Of a stretch of DNA of 64,000 nucleotides, positions 1 through 9,120 are shown piece after piece (position 1 is the stretch's first letter; each line of letters starts with the position of its first letter). The DNA comes from an uncultured Spirochaetaceae bacterium (GTDB taxonomy: Bacteria; Spirochaetota; Spirochaetia; DSM-27196; SLST01): positions 52,030 to 116,029 of the forward strand of contig CAZVEF010000001.1 in NCBI GenBank assembly GCA_964625715.1, given 5' to 3'. The notes beneath the pieces were generated by a model. It made no database searches and was not told where the DNA came from. It saw nothing but the letters and a program-made list of their open reading frames with translations. The position numbers and the translations under genes were made by a program.

Positions 1-581
1 GCCGCGTCGAGCTCTGCGCGGGCCTCTACCGAACGCTTGGCCCGGTAGAGCAGCAGGCCCAGGCGGGCGTGCGCCTCGCCGTTGCGGGGATTGAGCTCGG
101 TCGCTTTCTTGTAGTACTGCGCGGCACGGTCGGTCCGGTTGCGCTCCTCGAAGATACGCCCGACCGCGAAGTAGTAGTCCGCGTTGTTCGGCTCGCGCTT
201 GAGCAGGAGCAGGTACTCCTTGAGTGCTTCTTCCTGCTGATTGAATTTGGAGTAAAGCTCCGCTATCTTCTTTCGAAACGGGACCTCTTGGACCAGACCG
301 TCGAAGTTGCCGATCTGGTTGACCGTCTTGAGCTCCATGAGGGCGAGTTCGTTCTTGTTCTCCTGGCCGTACGCGAGCCCGAGGAGGTAGTGAGCATCGG
401 CGTTGCGCGCGTCTTTCGCGATGAGCTGCTTGGCCGCCTTGATCACCGCCTGCGTCTTGTTTTGCTTCAAGAGGTTGCGCAGCGCTTCGACCCGTTTGGG
501 GATGAGGATCGATCGCACGAGAAAATACGCAACAACTGCGATAGCTATTCCGAGGATGATAATAGCGATGGTCAAGGCCAT
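1..581 (-). CDS. TPR-repeat membrane protein (gene runs off the window edge)
   Basis: Absent from the ORF track because it is open at the window edge. Hand translation of the minus strand from ATG (complement of 579-581) gives MALTIAIIILGIAIAVVAYFLVRSILIPKR, an N-terminal TM helix. TPR-like repeats follow (AHYLLGLAYGQENKNELALMELK; YYFAVGRIFEERNRTDRAAQYYKKATELNPRNGEAHARLGLLLY), with no stop before position 1. Confidence 0.7.
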   Translation of the reverse strand, partial: MALTIAIIILGIAIAVVAYFLVRSILIPKRVEALRNLLKQNKTQAVIKAAKQLIAKDARNADAHYLLGLAYGQENKNELALMELKTVNQIGNFDGLVQEVPFRKKIAELYSKFNQQEEALKEYLLLLKREPNNADYYFAVGRIFEERNRTDRAAQYYKKATELNPRNGEAHARLGLLLYRAKRSVEARAELDA

Positions 582-598
582 AAGTTTTGCTTCTTCGA

Positions 599-627
599 AG
601 AGTACGGACTTTCCATACCCCTGTCAA
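599..627 (-). promoter_or_regulatory. Candidate sigma70-type promoter for the 1..581 gene
   Basis: On the minus strand: TTGACA (627-622), 17 nt spacer, TACTCT (604-599). This lies about 18 nt upstream of the ATG at 581. Confidence 0.35.
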
Positions 628-654
628 ACACGGTTTCGGGCTGTTGCCGCGTGG

Positions 655-1401
655 TTGCTGCTCGTCGTCGTGGCCGTCGGCGCGGGTGCTTCGGAGCTCT
701 TCGACGAAGGTTCGGAGGCGTTACTCTACAACCGGCCCCGCGAGGCGGCGACGATCTTCGAACGGGTGATCGACGCCGAGCCGGTCAACGCGCGCGCCTA
801 CCTCTATCTCGCGCTGAGCTACGAGCAGCTGGAGATGTACGAACGGGCGATCGCCACGCTCGAGCGCGCGGAGAGCGTGCCCGGCGCGAACCGCAGCCGC
901 ATCCGTTTCAACATGGGCAACAACTACCTCCACCTCGGCGACGCGGAGCGAGCGCACGCGGCCTACACGGCGGCGATCGAGGCGGACTCCGCATCCACCG
1001 AGGCGCACCTCAACCGCGCGAATCTGAACGTATCGCTCGAGCGATACGAGGAGGCGATCGCCGACTATACGCGTGTGCTCGGTCTCGAGCCCGATCACCA
1101 GCAGCGCGAACGCATCGAGCGCATGATCGCGTTGCTGAAGGACCATATGGAACAGGCGCGTATCGCCGCGGAGGAAGAGGCGCGCCGGAAGGCCGAAGAG
1201 GAGCGCCGACGCGAGGAGGAAGAGGCGCGTCGGCTCGCCGAGGAGCAGCGCAGGCGCGAAGAGGCCGAGGCCAGTCGGCGAGCCCTGCTCGATAACGTTC
1301 TCAACTCGATCGACAGCTCGGCCGAGGAGACGGAAAACCTGTCGGCGGGCAGCGAAGATATCGACACCTACGAAGACGACGAGTTCGACATTGCAGACTG
1401 A
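655..1401 (+). CDS. TPR-repeat protein with signal/anchor segment and C-terminal E/R/A-rich charged helix
   Basis: This is the C-terminal part of ORF 403..1401. The upstream part overlaps the divergent gene, so the start is placed at the first in-frame start codon after 581 (TTG 655); this start is uncertain. A hydrophobic LLLVVVAVGAGA segment is followed by TPR repeats (ARAYLYLALSYEQLEMYERAIATLERA; NMGNNYLHLGDAERAHAAYTAAIE). The tail is EEEARRKAEEERRREEEEARRLAEEQRRREEAEA. Confidence 0.7.
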   Translation: MLLVVVAVGAGASELFDEGSEALLYNRPREAATIFERVIDAEPVNARAYLYLALSYEQLEMYERAIATLERAESVPGANRSRIRFNMGNNYLHLGDAERAHAAYTAAIEADSASTEAHLNRANLNVSLERYEEAIADYTRVLGLEPDHQQRERIERMIALLKDHMEQARIAAEEEARRKAEEERRREEEEARRLAEEQRRREEAEASRRALLDNVLNSIDSSAEETENLSAGSEDIDTYEDDEFDIAD

Positions 1402-1424
1402 CGCACGGCGAGGGAGGGCGCTAC

Positions 1425-3410
1425 GTGTACGATAGACGAAGGTTTCTGATCATCGGCGGCGCCGTGCTGCTCGCGCTTGCAGGCGGAACGTTCGCGTTAC
1501 TGAGCTCGCGAGACGGCGAACCGGAGCCCGCCGCCGCGCCGCCGGACGCGACCGAGGCCGAGGAAGTCGACGAGACCCGACTGAACACGCTGCGGCTCGC
1601 CCGGGACTACCTCGAGGCCGAAGAGTACCAGAGGGCGCTCGACCTCGTGGACCGGCTGCTCATCGAGGACGGCTCGGACGACGAGGCGCGGGCGCTGAAG
1701 GACGAGATCGTGCAGGCGAAACGCGAGGCCGACGAGCGCACCGCACGGAGCGAGGCGGACCCCGATCTCGCGGCGCGTCAGGCCGAGGCCGAGGCGCGGC
1801 GCCGCGAAGCTGAGGCCGCCGCGCGAGCCGCCGAAGCGGAGGCGAGCGCGAGAGAGGCGGAGATCGCATCGCGACTGGCAGCCGAGGAGGAACGCCGCCT
1901 CGAAGAGCAGCGGGCCCGCGAGGAAGCGGAGGCGCGGGCGCGCGAGGAAGAGCTCGCGCGCATGAACGAGGAGGAGCGGCGCAAGCTCGAACGCGTCAAC
2001 GAGCTGCTCGACGAGGGGCTCGACGCGGTCGACGACGAACGTTACGAGGCAGCGCGCGAGGCGTTCGACGAGGTGCTCTCGATCGAGCTTCAGGACGAGG
2101 CCGCGGAGGACCGCAGCCACGCGCTCGCGCTCGCGAGGAGCGCTCGCAGCTACTTCGAGGAGGACGAGGAGAACGAGACCAACCGACAGACCGCGATCAG
2201 GCTTGCGAATGAGGCGATCGGTCGCGACGATGAGGTCTGGGAGCCGCACTTCACGCTCGGCGAGATCTACCAGCAGACCGAGCTTTACGACGAGTCGATC
2301 GAGTCGTTCCGCTCCGCGGCCCGGTTGAACCCGGACGAGGCGCAGATCTTCTTCGAGCTGGGCAACAGCCAGTTCCGCGCGGGACGATACCGCGACGCGC
2401 GCGCGAGCTACCGGACGGTCGTCGAGACGGACCAGCACTACCCGAACGCGTACCACAATCTCGGCGTGACCAATCTCGCGCTGCGCGACAACGAGAAGGC
2501 GCTGGAAGCATTCGAGTTCGCCGCGCAGGTCGACGAGGACGATCACCGCGCGTGGTACCGAATCGGCCTGATCGAGACCGGCCGAGAGAACTACAGCACT
2601 GCGATCCGCGCGCTCTCGAAGGCGGTCGAGCTCGCCCCTGACCGGGGTAACTACCACTTTCGCCTCGCGCTCGCGAACTACTTCGCGGGAGAGCTCGAAC
2701 GCGCGGAGTCAGGGTTCGCCGAGGCGGTCCGACTGGAACCCGACGCGGCGCCGCACAACTACAACCTCGCGTTGACCCGGCTCGAGCGTGGGCGTCACGA
2801 GGAAGCGCTCGCTCCGGCGCGGAAGGCAGTCTCGCTCGACGAAGAGACGGCCGAGTATCACTACACGCTCGGACAGGTCCAGGAGGAGCTCGGCGAGGTC
2901 GACGCGGCGCTCGCGAGCTACGCGGACGCGGTTCGTCTCGACAACCGCTACTACAAGGCGCTGAACGAGCTGGGCAGCCTCCTCGACGAGCTCGAGCTCT
3001 ACGACGAGGCGCTCGAATACCTGCTCGCCGCCTACGAGCTGCGCCCCGACGGGCTCGAGGTGAACAACAATCTCGGCAACGTCTACCTCAACAAGAAGCT
3101 CTACGAGGACGCCATCGAGCATTTCCAGGTCGCGATCGCGAACCGGCCGGACGATACGGCCATTCGCTACCATCTGAGCATCGCGTACCTGCAGGCCGAG
3201 CAGTTCGAGCGCGCCGAGCGGAGTCTGCGCGAGCTGATCAAGGTCGATCCGAACTCCTGGCAGGCGTACCACCGGTTGGGCGAGGCTCTGATCGCTCAGG
3301 AGGAGAACGAAGAGGCGAGCACGGTGCTCGAGCGTCTGCTCGAGCTCAACCCCGACTACGAGCGCCGCGACCGGATCGAGGAGATGCTCGGCAACCTCGA
3401 ATCGTCGTGA
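1425..3410 (+). CDS. Membrane-anchored TPR-repeat protein with E/R/A-rich coiled/charged helix
   Basis: GTG start preceded by GAGGGAGG. There is an N-terminal TM segment (FLIIGGAVLLALAGGTFALL) and an E/A/R-rich stretch (AEAEARRREAEAAARAAEAEASAREAE...). More than 8 TPR-like repeats follow (e.g. AYHNLGVTNLALRDNEKALEAFEFAAQVD; NNLGNVYLNKKLYEDAIEHFQVAI). Confidence 0.85.
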   Translation: MYDRRRFLIIGGAVLLALAGGTFALLSSRDGEPEPAAAPPDATEAEEVDETRLNTLRLARDYLEAEEYQRALDLVDRLLIEDGSDDEARALKDEIVQAKREADERTARSEADPDLAARQAEAEARRREAEAAARAAEAEASAREAEIASRLAAEEERRLEEQRAREEAEARAREEELARMNEEERRKLERVNELLDEGLDAVDDERYEAAREAFDEVLSIELQDEAAEDRSHALALARSARSYFEEDEENETNRQTAIRLANEAIGRDDEVWEPHFTLGEIYQQTELYDESIESFRSAARLNPDEAQIFFELGNSQFRAGRYRDARASYRTVVETDQHYPNAYHNLGVTNLALRDNEKALEAFEFAAQVDEDDHRAWYRIGLIETGRENYSTAIRALSKAVELAPDRGNYHFRLALANYFAGELERAESGFAEAVRLEPDAAPHNYNLALTRLERGRHEEALAPARKAVSLDEETAEYHYTLGQVQEELGEVDAALASYADAVRLDNRYYKALNELGSLLDELELYDEALEYLLAAYELRPDGLEVNNNLGNVYLNKKLYEDAIEHFQVAIANRPDDTAIRYHLSIAYLQAEQFERAERSLRELIKVDPNSWQAYHRLGEALIAQEENEEASTVLERLLELNPDYERRDRIEEMLGNLESS

Positions 3411-3465
3411 GCGGGTGCGACCGCCGGCCGGCAGCGCGTTCGTCGGGAGCCGCGCCGGCGGGGCG

Positions 3466-5199
3466 TCAGGTTCGCCCGACGAGCGAGACGAGCTGGTCGC
3501 GGGTGAACTCGGCCCAGACCGGGCGCCCGTGCGGGCAACGCGCGTTCTTCAGCCCCAACACGCCGCGCACGATCGAGACCGCCGTCTGCGGGGCGAGCGC
3601 GTCGCCGTCCTTCACCGCCGAGCGGCACGAGAGCGAGGCGTAGAGCTCTCGCTCGAAGTCGGCCGGCCGGTCCAGCAGATCCATGAGCAGCGCGGCGAGC
3701 GACTCGGCCTCGACTGCCACCGCGGAAGGCACCGTCAACAGCTCCCATGCCCCGTCGCGTTCGGCGAGCTCGATACCCAGGCGCCGCAGCTCGTTGCGTT
3801 TCCCGCGCAACGTCTGCTCCGCACCGGCGTGAACCTCGAGCCGGACCGGAAAGAGCAGCTCCTGCCCGCCGGCTCCGGAGCGCAGGCGGTCGTAGATGAT
3901 CCGCTCGTGCGCGGCGTGCTGGTCGACGAGGTAGAGCCGGTCGCCGCGCTCGACGACGAGAAAAAGCCCCATGATCTGGCCGAGATACCGGAAGCCCGGT
4001 TCGTCGCCGGTGGGCGGTTCGGTCGCGTGGTCAACCGACGCCGTGCTGTCGCCTGCGTCGGAGCGCGGCGTCGGCGCGAGCACGCGCGAGAGGTCGAACG
4101 TTGAGCGGCCCGACGGCGCGGAGTGCGCCGACGATCCGGAGGGCTCGGCGACCGTCGATTCGCCGAACGGCAACGCCTCGCCCATCGAAACGGCACGTCG
4201 GTCGAATACGCTGAGATAGCTCGAAAGGGCTGAAACGACGCGGCGGTGGATCTCCGGAAGGTTTCGGAACCGTACTTCGCGCTTGGCCGGATGGATGTTG
4301 AAGTCCACGAGCTCCGGCTCCACGTCGACGAAGAGGTAGGCAACCGGATAGAGGCCACCGTGAAGATAGTCGCGATACGCGTATTCTACGGCCTGAACGA
4401 GCGCGAACTCCCAGACGCGGCGCCGATTCACGAAGACCTGCAGCGCCTTGCGGTCCTTCCGCGGAGCGGTCGGCTCGCCCGCCACAATGACGGCGCGGAA
4501 GCCCTCGCCGGCGGCCTCGATCTCGTGCAGCATCGCCGGTTCGGTGCGCTGCGGATAGGCGGCGGCGATGCGCTCGACCCGCGCGGCTTTCGGCAGCACG
4601 CTCTTGAGCTCGCCGTTCGACGCGAGGCGGAACTCGACGTGGGGGAACGCGAGCGCCTTGTCCAGGAAGACCGACCGCGCGGTCGTGAATTCGCTGCCGG
4701 GGCGCTTGAGGAACCGCCGCCTCGCGGGAACGTTGTAGAAGAGATCGGCGACCGCCACGCTCGTGCCCGGCGCGCCGGGAGCGGTTTCGAGCGCCGCGAC
4801 GCGCCCCGCCTCCACGCGGAGGCGGTGGGGTGTCTCGTCGGGCGGTGCGCTCGTGATTTCCAGCCGGCTGACCGCGGCCACGCTCGAAAGCGCTTCGCCC
4901 CGGAAGCCGAGCGTTCGAACGCGGAGAAGGTCGTCGTCGGTCGCGATTTTGCTCGTGGCGTGCGGGAGGACCGACCGTTCGAGGTCGTCTCTGCCCATGC
5001 CGTACCCGTCGTCGACGACGCGGATGAGCTCGGTACCGCCGGCCTCGAGCCCGACCTCGACTCGCGAGGCACTCGCGTCGAGGCTGTTGTCGAGGAGCTC
5101 TCGTACGACCCCCGCCGGACGCTCGATGACCTCGCCGGCGGCTATCTTGCGAGCCACCGACGGGTCGAGGATGCGGATGCACGATGCGCCCTCGCTCAT
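3466..5199 (-). CDS. mutL: DNA mismatch repair protein MutL
   Basis: GHKL ATPase motifs are present: IRILDPSVARKIAAGEVIERPAGVVRELLDNSLDA, VVDDGYGM, TLGFRGEALSS. The C-terminal dimerisation region contains FLVVERGDRLYLVDQHAAHERI and CPHGRP. Confidence 0.95.
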   Translation of the reverse strand: MSEGASCIRILDPSVARKIAAGEVIERPAGVVRELLDNSLDASASRVEVGLEAGGTELIRVVDDGYGMGRDDLERSVLPHATSKIATDDDLLRVRTLGFRGEALSSVAAVSRLEITSAPPDETPHRLRVEAGRVAALETAPGAPGTSVAVADLFYNVPARRRFLKRPGSEFTTARSVFLDKALAFPHVEFRLASNGELKSVLPKAARVERIAAAYPQRTEPAMLHEIEAAGEGFRAVIVAGEPTAPRKDRKALQVFVNRRRVWEFALVQAVEYAYRDYLHGGLYPVAYLFVDVEPELVDFNIHPAKREVRFRNLPEIHRRVVSALSSYLSVFDRRAVSMGEALPFGESTVAEPSGSSAHSAPSGRSTFDLSRVLAPTPRSDAGDSTASVDHATEPPTGDEPGFRYLGQIMGLFLVVERGDRLYLVDQHAAHERIIYDRLRSGAGGQELLFPVRLEVHAGAEQTLRGKRNELRRLGIELAERDGAWELLTVPSAVAVEAESLAALLMDLLDRPADFERELYASLSCRSAVKDGDALAPQTAVSIVRGVLGLKNARCPHGRPVWAEFTRDQLVSLVGRT

Positions 5200-5227
5200 G
5201 CGGCTATACTACCGCGACTGCGCGCCT

Positions 5228-5259
5228 AGAAAAAGGGCCGGCTTCGAAGAAGCCGGCCC
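5228..5259 (-). terminator. Intrinsic terminator ending the 13941..5290 operon
   Basis: Perfect 11-bp stem GGGCCGGCTTC / GAAGCCGGCCC (5235-5259) with a 3-nt loop. On the minus strand it is followed by TTTTTCT (plus-strand A-run 5230-5234). It lies about 30 nt after the stop at 5290. Confidence 0.75.
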
Positions 5260-5289
5260 TGGGAATGCCTGCGCTCGGAAGGCGAGCGA

Positions 5290-7608
5290 TCAGAATCCTC
5301 CACCCGAGCCGATGCGGGTCTCGATGCTGATGACCGGGCCGAACATCGGGTAGAGCTCGCCGTTGCGCCTCTCGTATCTGACGTTTCCGGTCTCGTCGCG
5401 GAGGACCGTCGTGGTGACGGTTCCCACGATGTCCATGATGGGGGCGACGGGATAGACGATCTCACCCTTGAGCACGGTATTCGCGTCGAACAGGCGCGCG
5501 CCCTCGAACCCGGTCTTGTCGATCAGCGTCGGAACGAAGCTGGTTCGCTCGTAGGCGAAGCTCGCGCTGATGTCGAGGGGGAGCAGACCTTCACGAAGCT
5601 CGAGACTCGTAAGCAGGTAGTCGTCGTCGCCCATTTCGATCGCGTCGGTTTCCGCACTCCGTGTCCACGGCCAGAGGTAACCGGCGTCCAGCCGGACGAC
5701 CCGTGCGATCGTAAGCCCGGCCTCACCGTAGATCCCGAGCGTCTCGTTCTTGTACTCGCTCGCCCCCGGATTCTGGAGGTAGTCGACCGTCCGGCGGACC
5801 TTGTCGCCGCTCGTGCGGTCGTAGTTCGCGTCGTAGAACGCCGGCTCGAAGATGCCGTGGTCGTTCTGGAACTCGAGTCTGAAGTCGAGCAGCGAGACGT
5901 TTCCGAACACTCCGGAGGCGATGCCGTAGTTGCGCAGCTCGGTACCGGCCGCGGTCTCCTGGATCAGCGCCTGGGTCTGCAAACCCGCGTCGAGCCCACC
6001 CGCCGAACGGCGCAGGTAGGGCAGCAGTCCTCCCACGTCGCCGAAGAGCACGAGCGAGAACGCGTCGCGTTCGATCACCGGCAGGTCGAGATCCAGCCCC
6101 ACGTTGAGGAAGACCGGATCGACGGTGCGCTCGGTCTCGAAGACCGTCGCTCCCTCGTCGTCCGCTTCCGGCAGATCCGAGGCGGGTGCGATGTCTGTGA
6201 CGCCGCTCACGCCGACGGCGAGCGGGAAGCCGTCGAGGGGGCGCGCGTAGAGCCGCGTTCCGAAGATCTCCGGCGCGGCGAGGTCGTTCGTGAGGACCTC
6301 GAAGCCGGCTCGGCCGAAATCGATACCCACGTTGAACCCGATGCGCCGGATCGCGGGGAACTCGATGTCGTTCGCGTAGTTGCGCATGAGCAGCCCGTGC
6401 CCGAGGGTGAGCGTGTTGAGGTTGCCCACCTTGAGGAAGAACGGGTCGCGCATCTCGCCCCATTCGATGAACCTGATCTTGAGCGCGATATCGCCGGTGA
6501 GGTCGCCCATCGCGCCGAGCGTGTCGTTCCGCCAGTCGTGATCGGTGCCGAAGGACCACTCGTCGTTGCCCTCGGGCTTGTACCAATCGTCGCGGTCGAA
6601 GAGATTGCCCGTGTAGATCACCGGGAGGTAGAGTCCGGCGCGGAGCTTGCCGATCCGGAAGGTCGGCTGGGCGACGAGCTTGCTGTACGTGCTGCCTTCG
6701 AGGCTGATCGAGCCGATTTCGAGCTCGAGCACGTCGGTGAGGCCTGCCATGAACTCGTCGACAGGCCCGTCGTCTTCGTCGTCAGCGGTGCTGTCGTCGG
6801 GTTCGGTCGGCGTAGCGGGCTCCTGCGGTTCCACGACGACGGCGTCGCCGGAGTCGACGTCCGAATCGGCCTCGTCGTCCGTCTGTTCGGCCTCGGCCGG
6901 CTCTTCCTCTTCAATCGGATCTTCGTCGGCCGACGGCTCTTCCTCGCCGACGCCGAGCTCCTCGAGTACCTGCTGGCGCGCGTTCTCGGTCTGCTCGGAG
7001 AGTTGCTCGAGCGAGCCGTAGAACTGCTCGGCAACGTCCGCCTGCGCGGCGGCGAACGAGGCGGCGAGCGCGTTGGCGAACTCGTTCGCCTGAAGCGAGA
7101 CGGTCGAGCCGGCCTCGTTCGTGAACTCCACGACCCCTTCGCGCACGGCGACAATCTCGTCGCCGGCCGCGACCTGCGTCACGAAGTCGGTGCCGCGAAC
7201 ACCTCCGACGGCTGTCGGGGTTCGTACCTCGAAGCCTCGTCCGGTGCCGGTGAGGTTCGACACGACGCTCCTCAGACGACCGGTCGCCACCGAGACGACG
7301 TCGTCGCCGGAGGAGGCTCCGCGCTCAAGCACGCTTTCGATCTTGATCTCCGTGCTGTCTGCGAGCTTGAGCGCGTGTCCGTTGGGAAGCAGGATCTCGG
7401 CGAACCCATCGAACGTCTTGACGACGTAGTTCAGATCGAGTCGGTAGCCGAAGTCGAGCAACCCGTCCTGCGAGTCCTGCAATTCGAAGAGCTCGCCGTC
7501 GACGCGTTCGTAGACGCGGACGTCGCCCTCGTAGTAGACGAGCTCCTGCGCGGTTGCAATGCCGCCGAAGAGCGCGAGCACGATGCAAAGTACCGTAATC
7601 CGTCTCAT
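5290..7608 (-). CDS. Secreted FecR-domain protein fused via an acidic linker to an outer-membrane barrel-like domain
   Basis: Start moved to the internal ATG 7608 (MRRITVLCIVLALFGGIATAQ signal peptide, GGAGG 7 nt upstream). FecR-like segment: FAEILLPNGHALKLADSTEI...VRTPTAVGGVRGTDFV. The D/E-rich linker is EEEPSADEDPIEEEEPAEAEQTDDEADSD. The C-terminal half alternates hydrophobic residues and ends ...IETRIGSGGGF, an aromatic terminal residue like OMP beta-signals. Confidence 0.85.
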   Translation of the reverse strand: MRRITVLCIVLALFGGIATAQELVYYEGDVRVYERVDGELFELQDSQDGLLDFGYRLDLNYVVKTFDGFAEILLPNGHALKLADSTEIKIESVLERGASSGDDVVSVATGRLRSVVSNLTGTGRGFEVRTPTAVGGVRGTDFVTQVAAGDEIVAVREGVVEFTNEAGSTVSLQANEFANALAASFAAAQADVAEQFYGSLEQLSEQTENARQQVLEELGVGEEEPSADEDPIEEEEPAEAEQTDDEADSDVDSGDAVVVEPQEPATPTEPDDSTADDEDDGPVDEFMAGLTDVLELEIGSISLEGSTYSKLVAQPTFRIGKLRAGLYLPVIYTGNLFDRDDWYKPEGNDEWSFGTDHDWRNDTLGAMGDLTGDIALKIRFIEWGEMRDPFFLKVGNLNTLTLGHGLLMRNYANDIEFPAIRRIGFNVGIDFGRAGFEVLTNDLAAPEIFGTRLYARPLDGFPLAVGVSGVTDIAPASDLPEADDEGATVFETERTVDPVFLNVGLDLDLPVIERDAFSLVLFGDVGGLLPYLRRSAGGLDAGLQTQALIQETAAGTELRNYGIASGVFGNVSLLDFRLEFQNDHGIFEPAFYDANYDRTSGDKVRRTVDYLQNPGASEYKNETLGIYGEAGLTIARVVRLDAGYLWPWTRSAETDAIEMGDDDYLLTSLELREGLLPLDISASFAYERTSFVPTLIDKTGFEGARLFDANTVLKGEIVYPVAPIMDIVGTVTTTVLRDETGNVRYERRNGELYPMFGPVISIETRIGSGGGF

Positions 7609-7622
7609 AGAAGCCTCCGGTA

Positions 7623-9053
7623 TTAGAAGAGGGAGATCGCCGTCTCGAGCTTGGAGGTGATGACCCACGGATCGTCGCCCGGTTCGGGGAACGGGTCGTA
7701 CTGCAGGTCGTAGACGAGCGAGATCACCGCGCTCTCGATCCGGTAGTTGACGCGCGCTCCGATCACCGAGTCCTCCGGACTTACGAGGTCTGCGAAGTCC
7801 TCGATACCCTTCTTGTCGTAGCTCGCCTCCATGCTGAATCCGCCGAGGATGCCCTCGCCGAGCATGAAGGTGGCGAGCAGATGCGGTTGCTTGAACGTGT
7901 CGTCCGGGTCGGCGCCGCCGAACGGGCCGTCGACGTTCGCGGCAAACACGAGCTGGTCGTCGAGCAGCGAGAACCCGGCACTCGCGAACCAGCCGACGTA
8001 GGAGTCGGTACTGAATCCGTCGACGCCGGCGTAGTAGGCGTACTTCCGGTGTCTGAACAGATCGTAGGACCGATCGAAGTAGACCGGGATGAAGTCCTCG
8101 CCGAGGAAGCGCAGCTGCGCGCCGTAGGTCATCACGCGGAACAGCCGCCCTCCGAAGCCGAGCATGCCGCCGGAGTTACCGCCCTGGTTGACGTAGTCGC
8201 CGAAACCGGCGAGCGAGACGAGGTCGTTGTTGAGCACCGGCATGCGGAAGTCGATGCCCCAGACGAGCGCCTTCGCGGCACTCTGCGACGTGCCTGCCGG
8301 CAGGAAGTCGGATACGCTCGCGCTCGGGTTGTCCTCCAGAGTGTCCTCGACGTAGTGGAACGGCTTGCGATCGCTCACAACCGTGCCTCCGAGCTGCAGG
8401 TTCCGGACGATGGGCAGCGCGGTTGCGGCGAGCGGTCGGACGAAGAGTCTGCTGCCGATCAGGTCGAACACCGCGAGGTTACCCACGAAGGTCTCGACGC
8501 CTGCGAACGGGAAGTCGAAGAGCCGTCCGTCCACGTCCAGGCTCATGCCGAAGATCCGCTGGTCGGGCAGGAACTGCGTATTCGTGTAGCCGCCCATGAT
8601 GAAGCCGTTGCCCAGCAGGCCGTTGTCGACCTGTCCGAGCAGCACGTAGAGCGGGTCGCCCTTCTGCGCCCAGCGGACGTAGCGCAGCTTCGGCAGGTAG
8701 AGCTCGAGGAAGCTCGTCTCGTCGTCCGGTACCCAGTCGGCGGCGCGCACCTCGAACCCGGTGTCGTCTTCGGCGTCGAATCGATAGTTGAGCGTGAGGT
8801 CGAGTCCCAGCCCGAACTTGCCGATGCCGATGTCGGGCGTCAGCCCGACCGACTGGTAGGTGATGGTCTTGTCGGTCGCTTCGGTTCCGTCGTAGTCGGG
8901 GTTCGGGAAGCTCTGGGCGCCAATGGTGATACCCAGCCCGACATCGGGCCCGACTCCTTCGCCTTGCGGTTCGTCGCCTTCCAGGTCTTGCGCGAAAGCG
9001 CCGAGAAGCGCCACGAAGGTCAGAAGCACCACGGATGCGGTCAATCGCTTCAT
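7623..9053 (-). CDS. Secreted outer-membrane barrel-like protein, paralogous to the C-terminal half of 5290..7608
   Basis: GGAGGG RBS and signal peptide MKRLTASVVLLTFVALLGAFAQ. The protein is G/Y/F-rich with an alternating pattern and ends ...SKLETAISLF. Similarity blocks to the neighbouring gene are clear (LRYVRWAQKGDPLYVLLGQVDNGLLGNGFIMGGYTN vs IRFIEWGEMRDPFFLKVGNLNTLTLGHGLLMRNYAN; LIGSRLFVRPL vs IFGTRLYARPL). Confidence 0.85.
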   Translation of the reverse strand: MKRLTASVVLLTFVALLGAFAQDLEGDEPQGEGVGPDVGLGITIGAQSFPNPDYDGTEATDKTITYQSVGLTPDIGIGKFGLGLDLTLNYRFDAEDDTGFEVRAADWVPDDETSFLELYLPKLRYVRWAQKGDPLYVLLGQVDNGLLGNGFIMGGYTNTQFLPDQRIFGMSLDVDGRLFDFPFAGVETFVGNLAVFDLIGSRLFVRPLAATALPIVRNLQLGGTVVSDRKPFHYVEDTLEDNPSASVSDFLPAGTSQSAAKALVWGIDFRMPVLNNDLVSLAGFGDYVNQGGNSGGMLGFGGRLFRVMTYGAQLRFLGEDFIPVYFDRSYDLFRHRKYAYYAGVDGFSTDSYVGWFASAGFSLLDDQLVFAANVDGPFGGADPDDTFKQPHLLATFMLGEGILGGFSMEASYDKKGIEDFADLVSPEDSVIGARVNYRIESAVISLVYDLQYDPFPEPGDDPWVITSKLETAISLF

Positions 9054-9120
9054 CGGAGTCCCTCCTCAAAGCCTGAGTATAGTACCGGCTAGCTCAAAAA
9101 ACCATGGCGATCGGCGGCAA

